The translations under genes were made by a program, and so were the position numbers. A DNA stretch of 64,000 nt from Tubulanus polymorphus (lineage: Eukaryota; Animalia; Nemertea). Positions 13,701 to 25,633 of this stretch are shown here, one piece after another. The stretch spans positions 11,440,451 to 11,504,450 of the forward strand of contig NC_134035.1 of assembly GCF_964204645.1 (NCBI RefSeq). The letters run 5' to 3'. Numbering within the stretch: the first letter of the stretch is position 1; the number at the start of each line of letters is the position of its first letter. The notes beneath the pieces were generated by a model, which was not told where the DNA came from, ran no database searches, and saw nothing but the letters and a program-made list of their open reading frames with translations.

Positions 13701-15288
13701 ACTGCTGTTCAGAAAACAATGCCTACATCTCTGCAGATGATGATAATTCATGAAGAAAAGGACAATGCCCTGAACCAACGATTCTAAGCATATATCGATA
13801 ATTGAATTGAATTGACCGACAACCAGTCCAGCCCAGTTACTGATGACGCAGAGCACATCCTCTCAAAAATAATAATTATTAGATTTTATCAAAAATAGAA
13901 TAAGAGTTATGAAATATATTTGAATACAAAATTAACGCCAAAATCCACAATTGTGATTTTTATTTTGTAACGCCAATATCGATGACGTAGTGCACATCGA
14001 CTAACACACCACTTAAATAACGTATAATAAGTATCAATGTAGATAAACATTATTGTAACGGTTATTACTGCGTCAAAAAGCATAAAAAAAGCACACTGTA
14101 TATAGCTTATTGTTTTGCCCGACAAAAAATACATCAAAATATGTTATATTTATACAACTAAATGGTTAGTGAAACTATGACCCGAAGTTCTATTTTCTGT
14201 ATCTTAGTTCAATTGCTGCGGGGTACATGGGCGAGTTGACTACCTTCCTGGTCTTGGACCGAAGCCGTGTACGCAATTAAGTACTCTCATTAAGCCGGTA
14301 TGTATAACATGGCGGATTAGTAGAAAATAATCCTGTACATTTTACCAGATAATCGGGTGGACGAGATGTCTCGAAGATCATGTCGAGAATGATAATGAAC
14401 AATTTAAAGTTTTGTGTATTTTAATGGTGTGTTTTATCGGGTTTGCTAAGAATTCGGATTAAATTTTAAAGTTCTCAAATTGTCGTGCAGGTTGTGGGAT
14501 GCGAGGAAGCAACGGCCAGCGTGTTGAAAGATAAATTGACAGTGGTAGCCGCAGTAGTCATCGGACTAGGAGTTGTCATGGTACGATTCAAATAACTCCT
14601 ATATAGAATGTGAATTGATTTGATGATAGAATACGAAAATATCGAAGAAGCAAAACATTATACCTCGGAAATTTCAACTGGGAATATTTTTCAACGCAGC
14701 CTTATCAATTTGTGATTTTAAAAATCACTAAATGATAAACTGTGGTCACGATCGCGAATATATTTACAAGAAATATTTCAAAAAGTTGGAACAGAAAAAA
14801 TATTCGAAGATATATAGCGCCGATATCTAGATTTGTAAATCATCTCTTTTACCGGGATGGGTTAAACAAAACGATACCTCGAAATACATAATATTTACGT
14901 AAGTTCATACACTGGACCCAAGTTCATAGGTTCATGTTCACGCTCAACGCAGACGATGCAGGAAAACACGGAAACAGGAGAGAGAACATGTTTCCGAGCG
15001 TTTGATTCCGTGTTTCTGTGTTTAAGCCCAACGCACTCGACGCGAGGAAAACACTCGCAGACATGTTTCCGTCTCCTGCTTCCGTGTTTCCTTGCGTCGC
15101 GTGCGTGAGATTCAAATCATAACTGGGCTCGGGGCATGATACGTATATCTACGTAATGGCAATTTATGGCCTGTAATTATGTCGTTGGAGTAAAGTAATT
15201 GTAACATTTTCTAAAATTTCATTTTCAGTTGATTGGTCTGATCTTCTCGATGTTGCTATGCTGCGCTATCAGGGACACTAGGGGTTAA
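10775..15288 (+). CDS. CD9-like tetraspanin B, 7 coding exons, 226 aa
   Basis: Exons 10775-10840, 12681-12878, 13325-13399, 13568-13669, 14208-14297, 14491-14580, 15229-15288; all GT-AG and phase 0. Protein MGLGSCFTCIKYLMIAFNFIFW...GFLGYCGAWRESQCML...FNCCG...KPC...VGCEE...LIFSMLLCCAIRDTRG*. Confidence 0.93.
13790..14080 (+). repeat. Dispersed repeat (unclassified, probably a non-autonomous transposon)
   Basis: ATTGAATTGAATTGACCGACAACCAGTC...GATGACG...CACATCCTCTCAAA...GTAACGGTT is shared with about 26424-26690 and partly with 20785-20880. Confidence 0.6.
14932..15113. mobile_element. Harbinger-like MITE fragments (AAGCCCAACGCACACGACGCAG family)
   Basis: Same motifs (AACATGTTT core, CAACGCA..CGACGC ends) as the TIR-bounded copy at 43582-43756 and the copy at about 59720-59890. 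Confidence 0.5.
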
Positions 15289-15574
15289 ACAAGCCGCGCT
15301 TGGAAAGCCGACCGGTGACATCACCATTATTCATTATATATACATGCATTATTATATTGTATTCGCTAACACTAACGATCAAATACAAATAAGTATATAC
15401 TGGGTTTCTGGAAAACGGCGCATCTTAACGACCGAACACATGGGAATCATAATGAAAATGCATCAAATCTTGGCTCGATCTGATTAACTAGGCGAAGGTC
15501 AAACGCAAATATACACAGCATATTTTATAGGCCAGAGTTGGTTAATTTTTTAATGTATCTATTCATTATGTATC

Positions 15575-15798
<224 letters not shown>

Positions 15799-17364
15799 GT
15801 ATTCTATTTTCTGATGAAAAAAAAAACTCATCTATTTTAATCATCGTATAGTTAGTTCGCTTCTAGAGGCTACTAGTTATCCTGTGAATATGAATCTATA
15901 AACGATGTATAAACGATCGCAAAAAGACGTATTCATAATCGGGCGAGCCTCGAGTCCTGGTCCCAATATCATTTACACCACCGCCCGCGCGGCAGCTTTG
16001 TTTTCTAAATAGTGATGATAGACACCGCACATTGTGGTGGCTGACTCGAACCAAAATACATGAATGAAAATGAGGGATAATCTAATTGGCGTGATGGCTC
16101 AACGTTTTATTTTTCAAATCTCAAAATAGGGAATTTCCCCTCTTTTCTGTATAATTGATTGTATAATTTTGATTTGATTTGACTTGAGTTTTGTATCTCT
16201 AACAAACCATACCCACACACACACCTGCCGGGAAGAAACAGGTGGGCGGATATCGAAGTACCGATATTGTCGGATGATCGGTCGAATTTACATAACTGTG
16301 TAAAAGATAAATCCACAAGTACGTACTAATGGATTTATCTTTTACATAATTTGAAATTCGCACTCAAACGTTTTTAACGCCAACACTGAGATTTGAATTG
16401 AACAATCATTCATGATCCGTTTGAAAAGATATATCGTATTGATTCATCTGGACAGATGACAGGCCGCCCTGGTTGAAAATCATTTGAAAATTGATAGCAT
16501 TCTGAATGTAACGTCAACCTTGCTCAGTATATAAATACGTATAAATGTTTTACAGATCCGATTGTCAGTATGGTACCTTATAATGATAAGGGAAGCCTTT
16601 TGAGGTTGACGGGCGTTTAAACATATCGCGTGGGCGCTTTTATGTACTATAGAATGTATCGTATATAAGTTGAAGTTGAAGTTGCAGTTCTAGGCTTTTC
16701 GTAATAAATATGTTTGTAATAAAATTTCGCCAAAGATAAGGAATTTTAGTGCCATAAATACCAGTCGAGTTGTCTTGTTATTGTTATATAGATTTTGGAA
16801 AAGGGATCCAGCCTACTGCTTATGCCACTCGAGTGGTACATTTTTACGAATCTCAGGTCCTAAGTATTTCATACATATAACCGCAATTCGTTACATATCT
16901 TATTTGTAGAACTATGGCAACGTTCACGAGAGAACTCTTCTATATTCTAGGTACTATTTTTGGGCCCTAAACACCTTGAAGCTTCTAACCTAATTGTGAT
17001 CGTGTGCCTTAATATCAGAAAGCGGATAATTCTCCTGATTTACAAGGTTTTCCGGGGAAGGACCCTCAGAACGCCCCTCAGGTGGTTCTCAGCTTCGGTG
17101 CGTTTCGAGGATTATGAACAAAATCTAAATCTATAAGCGTTAGACTGGATCCGACCCTCAAATTCAAAGTTTAAATAGCGGTTTCGATGCACATTTGATA
17201 TTCCGCCTTGAAATTGCTAAGAATTCCTCTTTTATGAAGGAGTTGTTCAAATGACGATTGGAATAACGTTTCGGGTGACCAACCGATATCACGTGATTTA
17301 CCAAACGTAACCGTCACACTGCTCAGCGCACCGCTTGTCGTTAACGGCTTTCCGACGTGAAAAT

Positions 17365-18884
17365 ATGGTATGTATCTTTTTGAAGTTTCCAAAAACCACT
17401 TTGAAATGACTGGCATTTCGTTGTGCTACAGAAAGTCTAAACCCAAATGCACAAAATACTGGGGCCTAAGAGTGGTATTAATAGAGAGAGGTTGATGATA
17501 AATATACTAATTATCCGAATGGCTCAAACACTCAAACCTTGTAATAGTAGAGCCTTGTTAATACGAATTTTGTGGGCAAAGTAAAATTGTCGTATTACAT
17601 GTTTCGTATTAACCAAAGCTTGATTGATATAACTATATCAGCTGGGACGATGCTGGAAATCATCGGAATTCACGATTTTGGTTTTAACAACAATCGTATT
17701 AACGAGGTTCAACCGTATGAAACGTACAATGCGTACAAGATACGTTAGGCGTTGTTTGGTAGAATAAGAAGGATATTTCGAGGTTCGATAAGTGGGTTCG
17801 CACAAATACATAATCAAATACATCGAATATATACATAATATTTAGAGTATTGGACAATTAACCGAGGGCGAAATTGCCGAATTCAAAGAAGCGTTCTCGC
17901 TATTCGACAGAGATGGCGGAGGTACGATCACTATCAAACAACTAGCTACCATTCTACGATCGATGGATGAAAATCCTACTGACGCCGAATTGGACGATTT
18001 GAAGAAAGAAATGGCAGCCGTCCGTGCTTCCGGTGGTAAATTCAAAAGATCAAAGTGTTAACTCGAAGGGAAGGCCGACTCCTAAATAGTCCGCTAGGCA
18101 CGTGTTTTGTTCAGCGCCATCACCGGTCGCGATAAACAATATATTTTATAGACGGGTTCCCGGTCTCTTATCTAAATTAGCGTTTTTCATGATTTGTCTA
18201 AGTCTTAAGACTTTACACCAAATCTTGGAAAACGCTGTCCCCAATGCTCGCGGTGGATGTATCACCGAGAGGCTATTGTTTATCTCTAACAGCGAGGATT
18301 CTGTTAATTTCGACGATTGTCAAATATTTGGTGACATCACGTGAGTCCGTGAGTCCGGCGGCCTTCTCTTCAGTTTACTTTTCTATGAAACGATGACACG
18401 GAATCGATTTGAAAATAAATAACCGTACAGATTATCCGGCCAACCAATATTGAAGTGATTTCAGCTATGAGAAAAATCATTCAAACGTATTTTTCTATTC
18501 TTGTTTACAGATAGCAAGACCGTCGATTTCAATGAGGCCTTAACGTTGGTCGCCCGGAGGCTGAAAGGACCCGAAACAGACGAGGATATACTGCAAGCCT
18601 TCCGCGTTTTCGACAAGGAAGGGAACGGATACATAAGCCCGGATGAATTGAAAGCCTTGCTCGCCAAGTACGCCAACAGTGCGCTGAGTGAAAAAGAATT
18701 GCAGGAAATCATCAAAGATGCAGATGTCACCGGAAATGGACAAATTGATTATATACGTACGTAATTATAATCAACTTTCGAAAACGTTTGCACAATATTT
18801 AGTTCCTATACGGAATTTTTAATTGTAAGCATGCTCTTCTTTTTTGAATTCGTAGAATATGTAGAAAAATTGATGTCAATCTAA
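17365..18884 (+). CDS. Divergent calmodulin-like EF-hand protein, about 155 aa
   Basis: Exons: ATG-only 17365-17367 (AAT ATG|gtatgt, inferred), 17846-18035, 18511-18756, 18856-18884. Protein [34 protein letters not shown]...[17 protein letters not shown]...[22 protein letters not shown]. Intron positions (after ATG, within EF2, in the last codon of the EF4 loop) match those typical of calmodulin genes. Confidence 0.88.
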
Positions 18885-19260
18885 TTAGTGTTGGATGAAA
18901 TGGTACCTGAAGTGAAGGAGACGAATACATATGAAGTTGAAATTTATCGAAACAAGAATCGTGTTTTGATTTACTTGGTTCATTTCGATTAGATTGCATC
19001 GTCTGTTTGAACGACCGAAAACCACAAACGCAGTTTCGTCACGTTTGAATCTATTTAGGAAATTGTAAATTGCAACTTTTTTTGTGAAAACCCAGAGAAA
19101 AACAGAGGAATGAAGAAAAATTAATACATCGTCCGGTTATATTTTCATTTTTATTTATTACTCCATATTTTTGCACAATTGAATCGTATCAGAAATATAG
19201 CGGTCGTTTTCATTCAACTTATTGAAACGGTGATTGTGCTCTGATAATTCCGAATAGGTT

Positions 19261-22200
19261 TTAACAAAAATGGCGGCAGTTGTAACAAGGATTGGTCTGT
19301 ACGTCAGAGATCTTCTGCGGCATCGGAACTCCTTTAGTTTCCGGTAGAGGTAACACTAACAACGCCGCTAAAAATCCGACACCGCCAAATATCAATCCCG
19401 GTATCTTCGCGTCATCAGACTGAAAAATGAAGAAAAAAAAACGTCGTGTACACGTATCGCCCAAACCGCACCCGACTCCGAAATCGATGCAAAATAATTC
19501 AGCATCTTTTCATATTTTACCAGCAACGTTGCTAAAACCCATTTCGACATTGGACTAGCAGTTCAAGGAGACAGTGCCCGACAGTCTGGCTATTCAAAAC
19601 ATAAACACCCCCTTATAAATAAATGCAGATGCTTGAAAAATGTCATGAACTATAACTTAGCAATTTGATTTTTACAAAACAAATAGAAATATCATGTCAT
19701 TTAACGCCCCTGGTGAACATGAAGAGAAACCGATGACCTTGAAACTCAATACAATCATCGGACGGAATAGTTTTCTAGGGCTAAGTCCTAGGGTAATTTC
19801 AAAAGATATAATGGGGCAGAAATGGGGTGATAAAATGAAATCATTACCGCATAAAGAGTGAGTGGGGCAACCATCGAACCAATGCGTGCGCACGTCGAAG
19901 CTATTCCAAAAGCCCTGTTCCTGTAATGAAGAAATGGAGAGCTGGAGAGACCTTAAAATCGAAATGAATTCGCTATAACTTGTCTAACTTATTGCTGTTC
20001 TATATTTACCTGAAATTTGTCGGGAATATTTCAGTGGTGTGAATGAATATTGAATTAAAGGCAGCCGTGCTAAAAAACTTTCCTAAAGTGTTCAATGTCG
20101 TCAAAAGCGGCACAAGGTCAACACTTCCTGAAATAGAACGATTGTTTATTAATCTTGATACTCAGGTCTACAATTCAGGGTCCATTTCCACTGTTCTCGA
20201 CTCTACTGTTCAAGCATTAACCGATTTAGACTTAACTAACTAGTGGGAATGATGAAGAAAAAATCCGCCTACCATATTTTTCGGGGATAAGGTTTGCCGC
20301 TACCAGCAAGACGCCGGTTAGACTGTACGCTAGTATCATTGTTGGTCGCCTCCCAAAACTGAAAAAAACATCGACATTTTGACAAATAACCTTCTACGTA
20401 GCGAAACAATATTGTGAGTTTATTTCATTCTCGAATGAAAATTGAGAACGAACATACCGGATGAGCATGAAATGGGTGACGAGATTACTGGGCAACTCGA
20501 CGACTGCGCCTAGTATGAAATTAACGAACCGATTTCCGACCATCACAGACGTGCCTAAAATCATACCGTAATACTGAAAACTATTACAGCACCTGCAAAT
20601 AAAGAACCGTACTCTGCTTTATACACGTCATTGATAGAATGCTGCTATCGTTAACAGTTATTTCAAACATCAGTAAATAATTGCCTCGTTAGAAAATACA
20701 TATATTGCTCAATATTGTCGACAATAAATAATATAATATAACTATATACTATTAAGGATCAATTAAGTTATTTCGGATTTGAGTATATATCGATTGACCG
20801 TCAACCAGTCTAGCCCCAATGTAGTGATGACGTAAGTTTATTGCTTTAATTACAAAATTCATTAATTGTGATTGTCATTTTCGAAATCGCTGATCAAGTA
20901 CGGTTTAATCCCCATTTATATTGTCAAGTGAACATCGTGTTCCTTTTGAAAGAATGGCTATTGAGTTGAAGTAATAATTAGAAACGCGAGAACAGGAATA
21001 ATTGTCACAAGTTAAAGGCTCCAGCTAAACTATATTATCTTTCACTACTATCTTCACCTCGGACTCAACGTCTCTTCTGAACATAATATGATAACAACTT
21101 ACCAGATGAATGACATGATTACTAAGTAGGCACTCAATGATCTATGTTTCATAATTTCTAAAAAGCTGATATCTTGAGATTTAGCTTTCTTTTTGCAGGA
21201 AAGCATCCGTTTTAATATAGCCACGTTTCTGGTACATGAAAACACTAGATTTTTTCTCGTTCGATCATGTCTGTGTTCTGAAATTATATTTAGATAGAAA
21301 CGCTAAAAATAGCCTTTTAAGATAATCTATAATTTCAATAGAAAAAACAGCGTACTATCGTCAAGAACTTTATCCTCTTTTGAGAGTAGCGTAATAACGC
21401 TATTTCGTGGACAAGGAATTTTATTTTGTTTTGACGCTTTTTCAAGGATTCGATTCGCTTCGTCGTGTCGCGAGTTGGCCACGAGCCAGGGGATCGATTC
21501 GTCGTAGACCCTGAAAAATACAAAACACAGAGTTGACCTAAACGTACCGAAAGAGTTATGATAAAACTTTGAAAAGTATATGGGAAACCCAGAAGGTCAA
21601 AACGGCGATACCATAGTAATACAATAGAATCTCCCCGCTTGAACCTTGCAATACCTTTAGATATTTAAGGAAAAAAACGGAAATACGAAAGTTGAGGGAT
21701 ATTTTCATTACAGCAAAACTCACGAAAAGATTCGTTTTTTTCATAATAGCATTTATGTTTCATTATAAGGGAATTTTGATTCGTCTACTTGTGAGTGTTT
21801 ATTTTCTTTTATTCTTCTAAACATTGTATACAAGATATTCATAGATTTGTCTAATGTAGATTGTCTATTTTTAAGGGCTTATTCATAATCATTAGTTCTA
21901 CTCCCAGCGCAACGAACCACGTACGTACCATATACCCAGAATGGCGGACGCCAATAAACAGGACGCAAGTATCTGGAAATGTTGCCAGTTCTTCACGAGA
22001 TATCCAGTAATTCCAGTGGCTGCCATTCCTAATGACCACGAGGTCATCAAAATCGAATTGGCAAACGAACGATGCTTCGTCGGGAAACATTCGAACACCA
22101 AAATAGAGGCACACAAATAGCTGCCCTGAAAGAGATAAAGATGGAATTTGTGGGGCAAAATGATGGTTCAACATAACCAAAACCTGAAAGGGGGTGAATA

Positions 22201-24108
22201 CACGGTTGCACTTTCATGGCTTGTACCATTCATAACCTATATTAAACCATCATCTTAATCTCAAGTAGTATTTTCGGCTTGAATATAGCAACAATTGAGC
22301 AACCAGTTGTGCAGTCAAGGCACATCATAGTTCTGTAACCAATCTAACAACCTAAACCCAGTCTTTGGTCGCAATTGTATAACTAAGCCAAATCGTGACT
22401 TCAGTTCAAAAAGGGCTAAAATCTGGACACTATAGTTTTCAGTTATAAAACTAGCTATAACACTAAGTCGTTATTAGGCTGATCAGTCATAATATGACTC
22501 TGCAACCGACTGCTGGTTTTCTTATCGCAGTAATTCTTACTATAGAGATAGAACCGGTGAAGAATCTCGTTATTATGAAGACAACTGGATTTACAACAAC
22601 TCCTCCGATCAGATGCGACATCGCGGCAACAACTCCTGTAAACAACGATTGAAAATATCTATAAAAGTGGCTATTCTTGCCTAAGCATTTTGTACCAAGT
22701 TTTGTACCTAGTTCTACAGTCGCTAGTTAGGTCCAAAACTCACGATTGTCTCTAACATTTAAAAAGTCTAACATTCATTTTCCGTCAAATTGATGACCCA
22801 AATTGGTCCAAAAAATCCGTTTGATCGGATTAATTTCAATATTTCTTAATATTTGACTTCATCAACTCAGAACTTTGACATTATCGTTATTGATAAACTA
22901 TTATAGAGTCTGAAAACCATGGCTCCAGATCATAATGAAAAAGTACCTGTGATAATCGATGTATATTTACGACCGAAGTAATCGGCAAACGGTGCGAAAC
23001 AAAAGCTACCAAACAACACGCCACTGTAGTATACCGTCTGCGCCATTGAATTCATGATCGCCTTGTCGCATACCCAGGAAAACTGTTCATAGAGAAACAA
23101 AACGGTGCCTTTTTTAATAGCTTGGTTTACGGGGTAGACCTATATTAGAATATCATTTCGGAGGAAACAAAAATTCAAAAAAAATTCCCTCAGTGAGATA
23201 AAATCATTTTTGATGGACGAGGGAACTGTCGATAGGGCAATATACATATGTCCAAACAAATGATTCTTGGAAAGTTCGAATTCTGCAAAAAAAGATCAAA
23301 AAAGAACCTCGCGTTTTTCAATTTTTTCATCATTCAAGCCAGGATTCTCATTCGGAGGAGTTGAAAAAAATTTATTTTGCTTATTTTTTCACTTGTTCCA
23401 CAGACAGGAATGAAAATTTCAAAAATATTCTTTTAATTTGACTTTCCTTCAAATTTGGGGAGGCGGTTCCCGTAAACCAAGCTATTGAAAAAGGCCTCAT
23501 GCGCTTGCTTGCTAATTCAACATTTCCAGTTTAAATCATACGTATACCTCTTCAATGAGTGTGTAATAACCATCGGAATCATAGGTGTAGCCGTTCTGAC
23601 ACGGAACAGTCGTATTCCTGTTCGTTTGTCCCGGATATTCGTACATATTGCATTTATCCATTGACGAAGCGCCGCTGTTCGCGTCGATCACAAACGGAAT
23701 CGTCTGATTCAACGTGGAGTTCTTGCCGTCAACCGAACAGTGATGTGGCGGAGTCCAGCCTATAGAAGTGTAATTCAAAACTTTACCGCTAAACCATGAG
23801 CTTTGACTTCAAAGACAAATCTGAATCGTCATAGAATGGCATAATTCTAACTCTAGAATATGACGTTTCTTCGCTATTTTGCAGTTGTGTCGATTTCTAA
23901 TATTTCCATCGAGTGAAATTATGGTTAATAGTATCACGAGCGTGTTGAAATGTAATACAATTTTCAGCACTTTACCTTGAAAAACTATTCCCAAACTTGA
24001 GAATGCCGTCACGAATCCTGTACTGAAACCGATAAAGAGCAGATGCGTCATTTGCCATCGTCCGTACTTTCCGAGAGATTCTAATACTTCGTCGATGTTA
24101 TCCATCAT
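19261..24108 (-). CDS. SLC22-family organic ion transporter, copy 1 (apparently intact)
   Basis: 12 coding exons from MMDNIDEVLESLGKYGRWQ to LPETKGVPMPQKISDV...HFC*. MFS/SLC22 motifs: ADYFGRK, FECFPTKHR, DESIPWL, FGRRP, EIFPTNFRN, CARIGS; Cys-rich glycosylated EC1 loop. Checked exon phases are compatible. Confidence 0.88.
23107..23495. mobile_element. MITE in SLC22 copy 1 intron 2
   Basis: TIR GCCTTTTTTAATAGCTTGGTTTACGGG / CCCGTAAACCAAGCTATTGAAAAAGGC; absent from the short paralogous intron of copy 2. Confidence 0.7.
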
Positions 24109-24824
24109 GGTTGGTTCTTCTGTTCCTGTAAACCGTTCTGTTCCCTTCTATTATCAATATATAAAATACGTAATCGATTAGATTTCTAATAATGTTCAAA
24201 TCTACGAAACAACTCACAATATTCGATATTTCTTTAATAAACACCAAGTTCTCAAGGTTCGTTCGTATTCAAATATATATGAATGATCTACTTCCCAAGT
24301 AATACGGACATACTAGAATCTAGGAAGCTGGAGCGGAGAAGGAACAAAAGTTCGATAATATATCGATGCGCATGAATTCCTGTTTCCACAAATTTCAACG
24401 TTTGAAAAGAATAAAACCCAGCGGTAAAAAACGAATTGAAAAATCTTACTTGCCTTCCGCGGGACCCGATACGCGTGAAAACGAAAATATCAAAATGTCA
24501 TCATAATTTGTCGACGATCATCAGTGTTCTTAGAAAGAAAAATTGCCGTCTGTTTCGTTTCTTGTCCCCTTAGTGCCTGCTGCATTTCTACATTCTGATT
24601 GTTCTATCCTATTCATGCGCGCTCCTTTTTTCCTCGTCTTTATCCCAGAAATACTTAAAAAACAATGATCGAAACATAAGCAATGAAAAACTAGTCTAAC
24701 AAAATGTTTGCTTATTGGTTTAATATTCCCTCATACGTATCGTTCAAACGCGTTAAAATCAATTATATTTCAATAAGATTTTTATTCTTGCAGCCGATCG
24801 AAATGATTACCCTCAAATAAAGAA

Positions 24825-25143
24825 TCGTCGACGGCAAAATTTAGGAATTCATATTATATAATGGTTTACAATCCAATTCAGATAATAGGCTTAAAACTAC
24901 TTACCTTACAAATTCAAATTCACCATAATTTGTCATGGCTCCATGTGTCACATTGCCGAGTTGTTTTTGATGGAGGGTTTATTTCGTCGACGGCAAAATT
25001 TAGGAATTCATATTATATAATGGTTTACAATCCAATTCAGATAATAGGCTTAAAACTACTTACCTTACAAATACAAATTCACCATAATTTGTCATGGCTC
25101 CATGTGTCACATTGCCGAGTTAATTTTGATGGAGGGTTTATTT
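24825..25143. repeat. Tandem direct duplication, 2 x 159 bp
   Basis: Unit TCGTCGACGGCAAAATTTAGG...GATGGAGGGTTTATT starts at 24825 and 24984; the units are nearly identical. Confidence 0.92.
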
Positions 25144-25633
25144 TCCGGCTGTTTTGTTGTTTTTCGTGTATAGGCTTTGCGTATATTCAATAAGCGATAT
25201 CGCTTTTCCCATTAATTTCCAACTGCTAAACCCATGAATACTCTAATACTCATTGCATGCGATCAGTGCCTGACAAAATGCCACACAAAAGTGATCAAAA
25301 TGTCATCAAGTTGGCACAAAATCTACAGTTCCCGGACATTTCAACTAGTTCTTTGTAGATGAAATATGAGAAAAGAAATTCGGCTTCAATACATTGAATA
25401 TAGGCCTACCAGACTTTACGAGGATAAGATTTGCCGGCCAGAATAGACACGCCAGTCAAATTGTAACTTTCGTAAAAACTCAAGAGAAAGAAAGGAGGAA
25501 TGAAGAAAAAATGAACACAAAGTCCGGTTTTATTTTCGGTTTTATTTATTTCTGTATATTTTGCAAAAAATCACGACATTCATTCAACTTATTGAAGCGT
25601 CGTCAGTGATTGCTGTGGAATTCCGAACAGGTT

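Noticed and set aside
16528-16575. TATA box plus ATG|gtacct as first exon of the calmodulin-like gene
   Set aside because: Weak donor and almost no 5' UTR; ATG|gtatgt at 17365 is the better candidate, though neither is proven.
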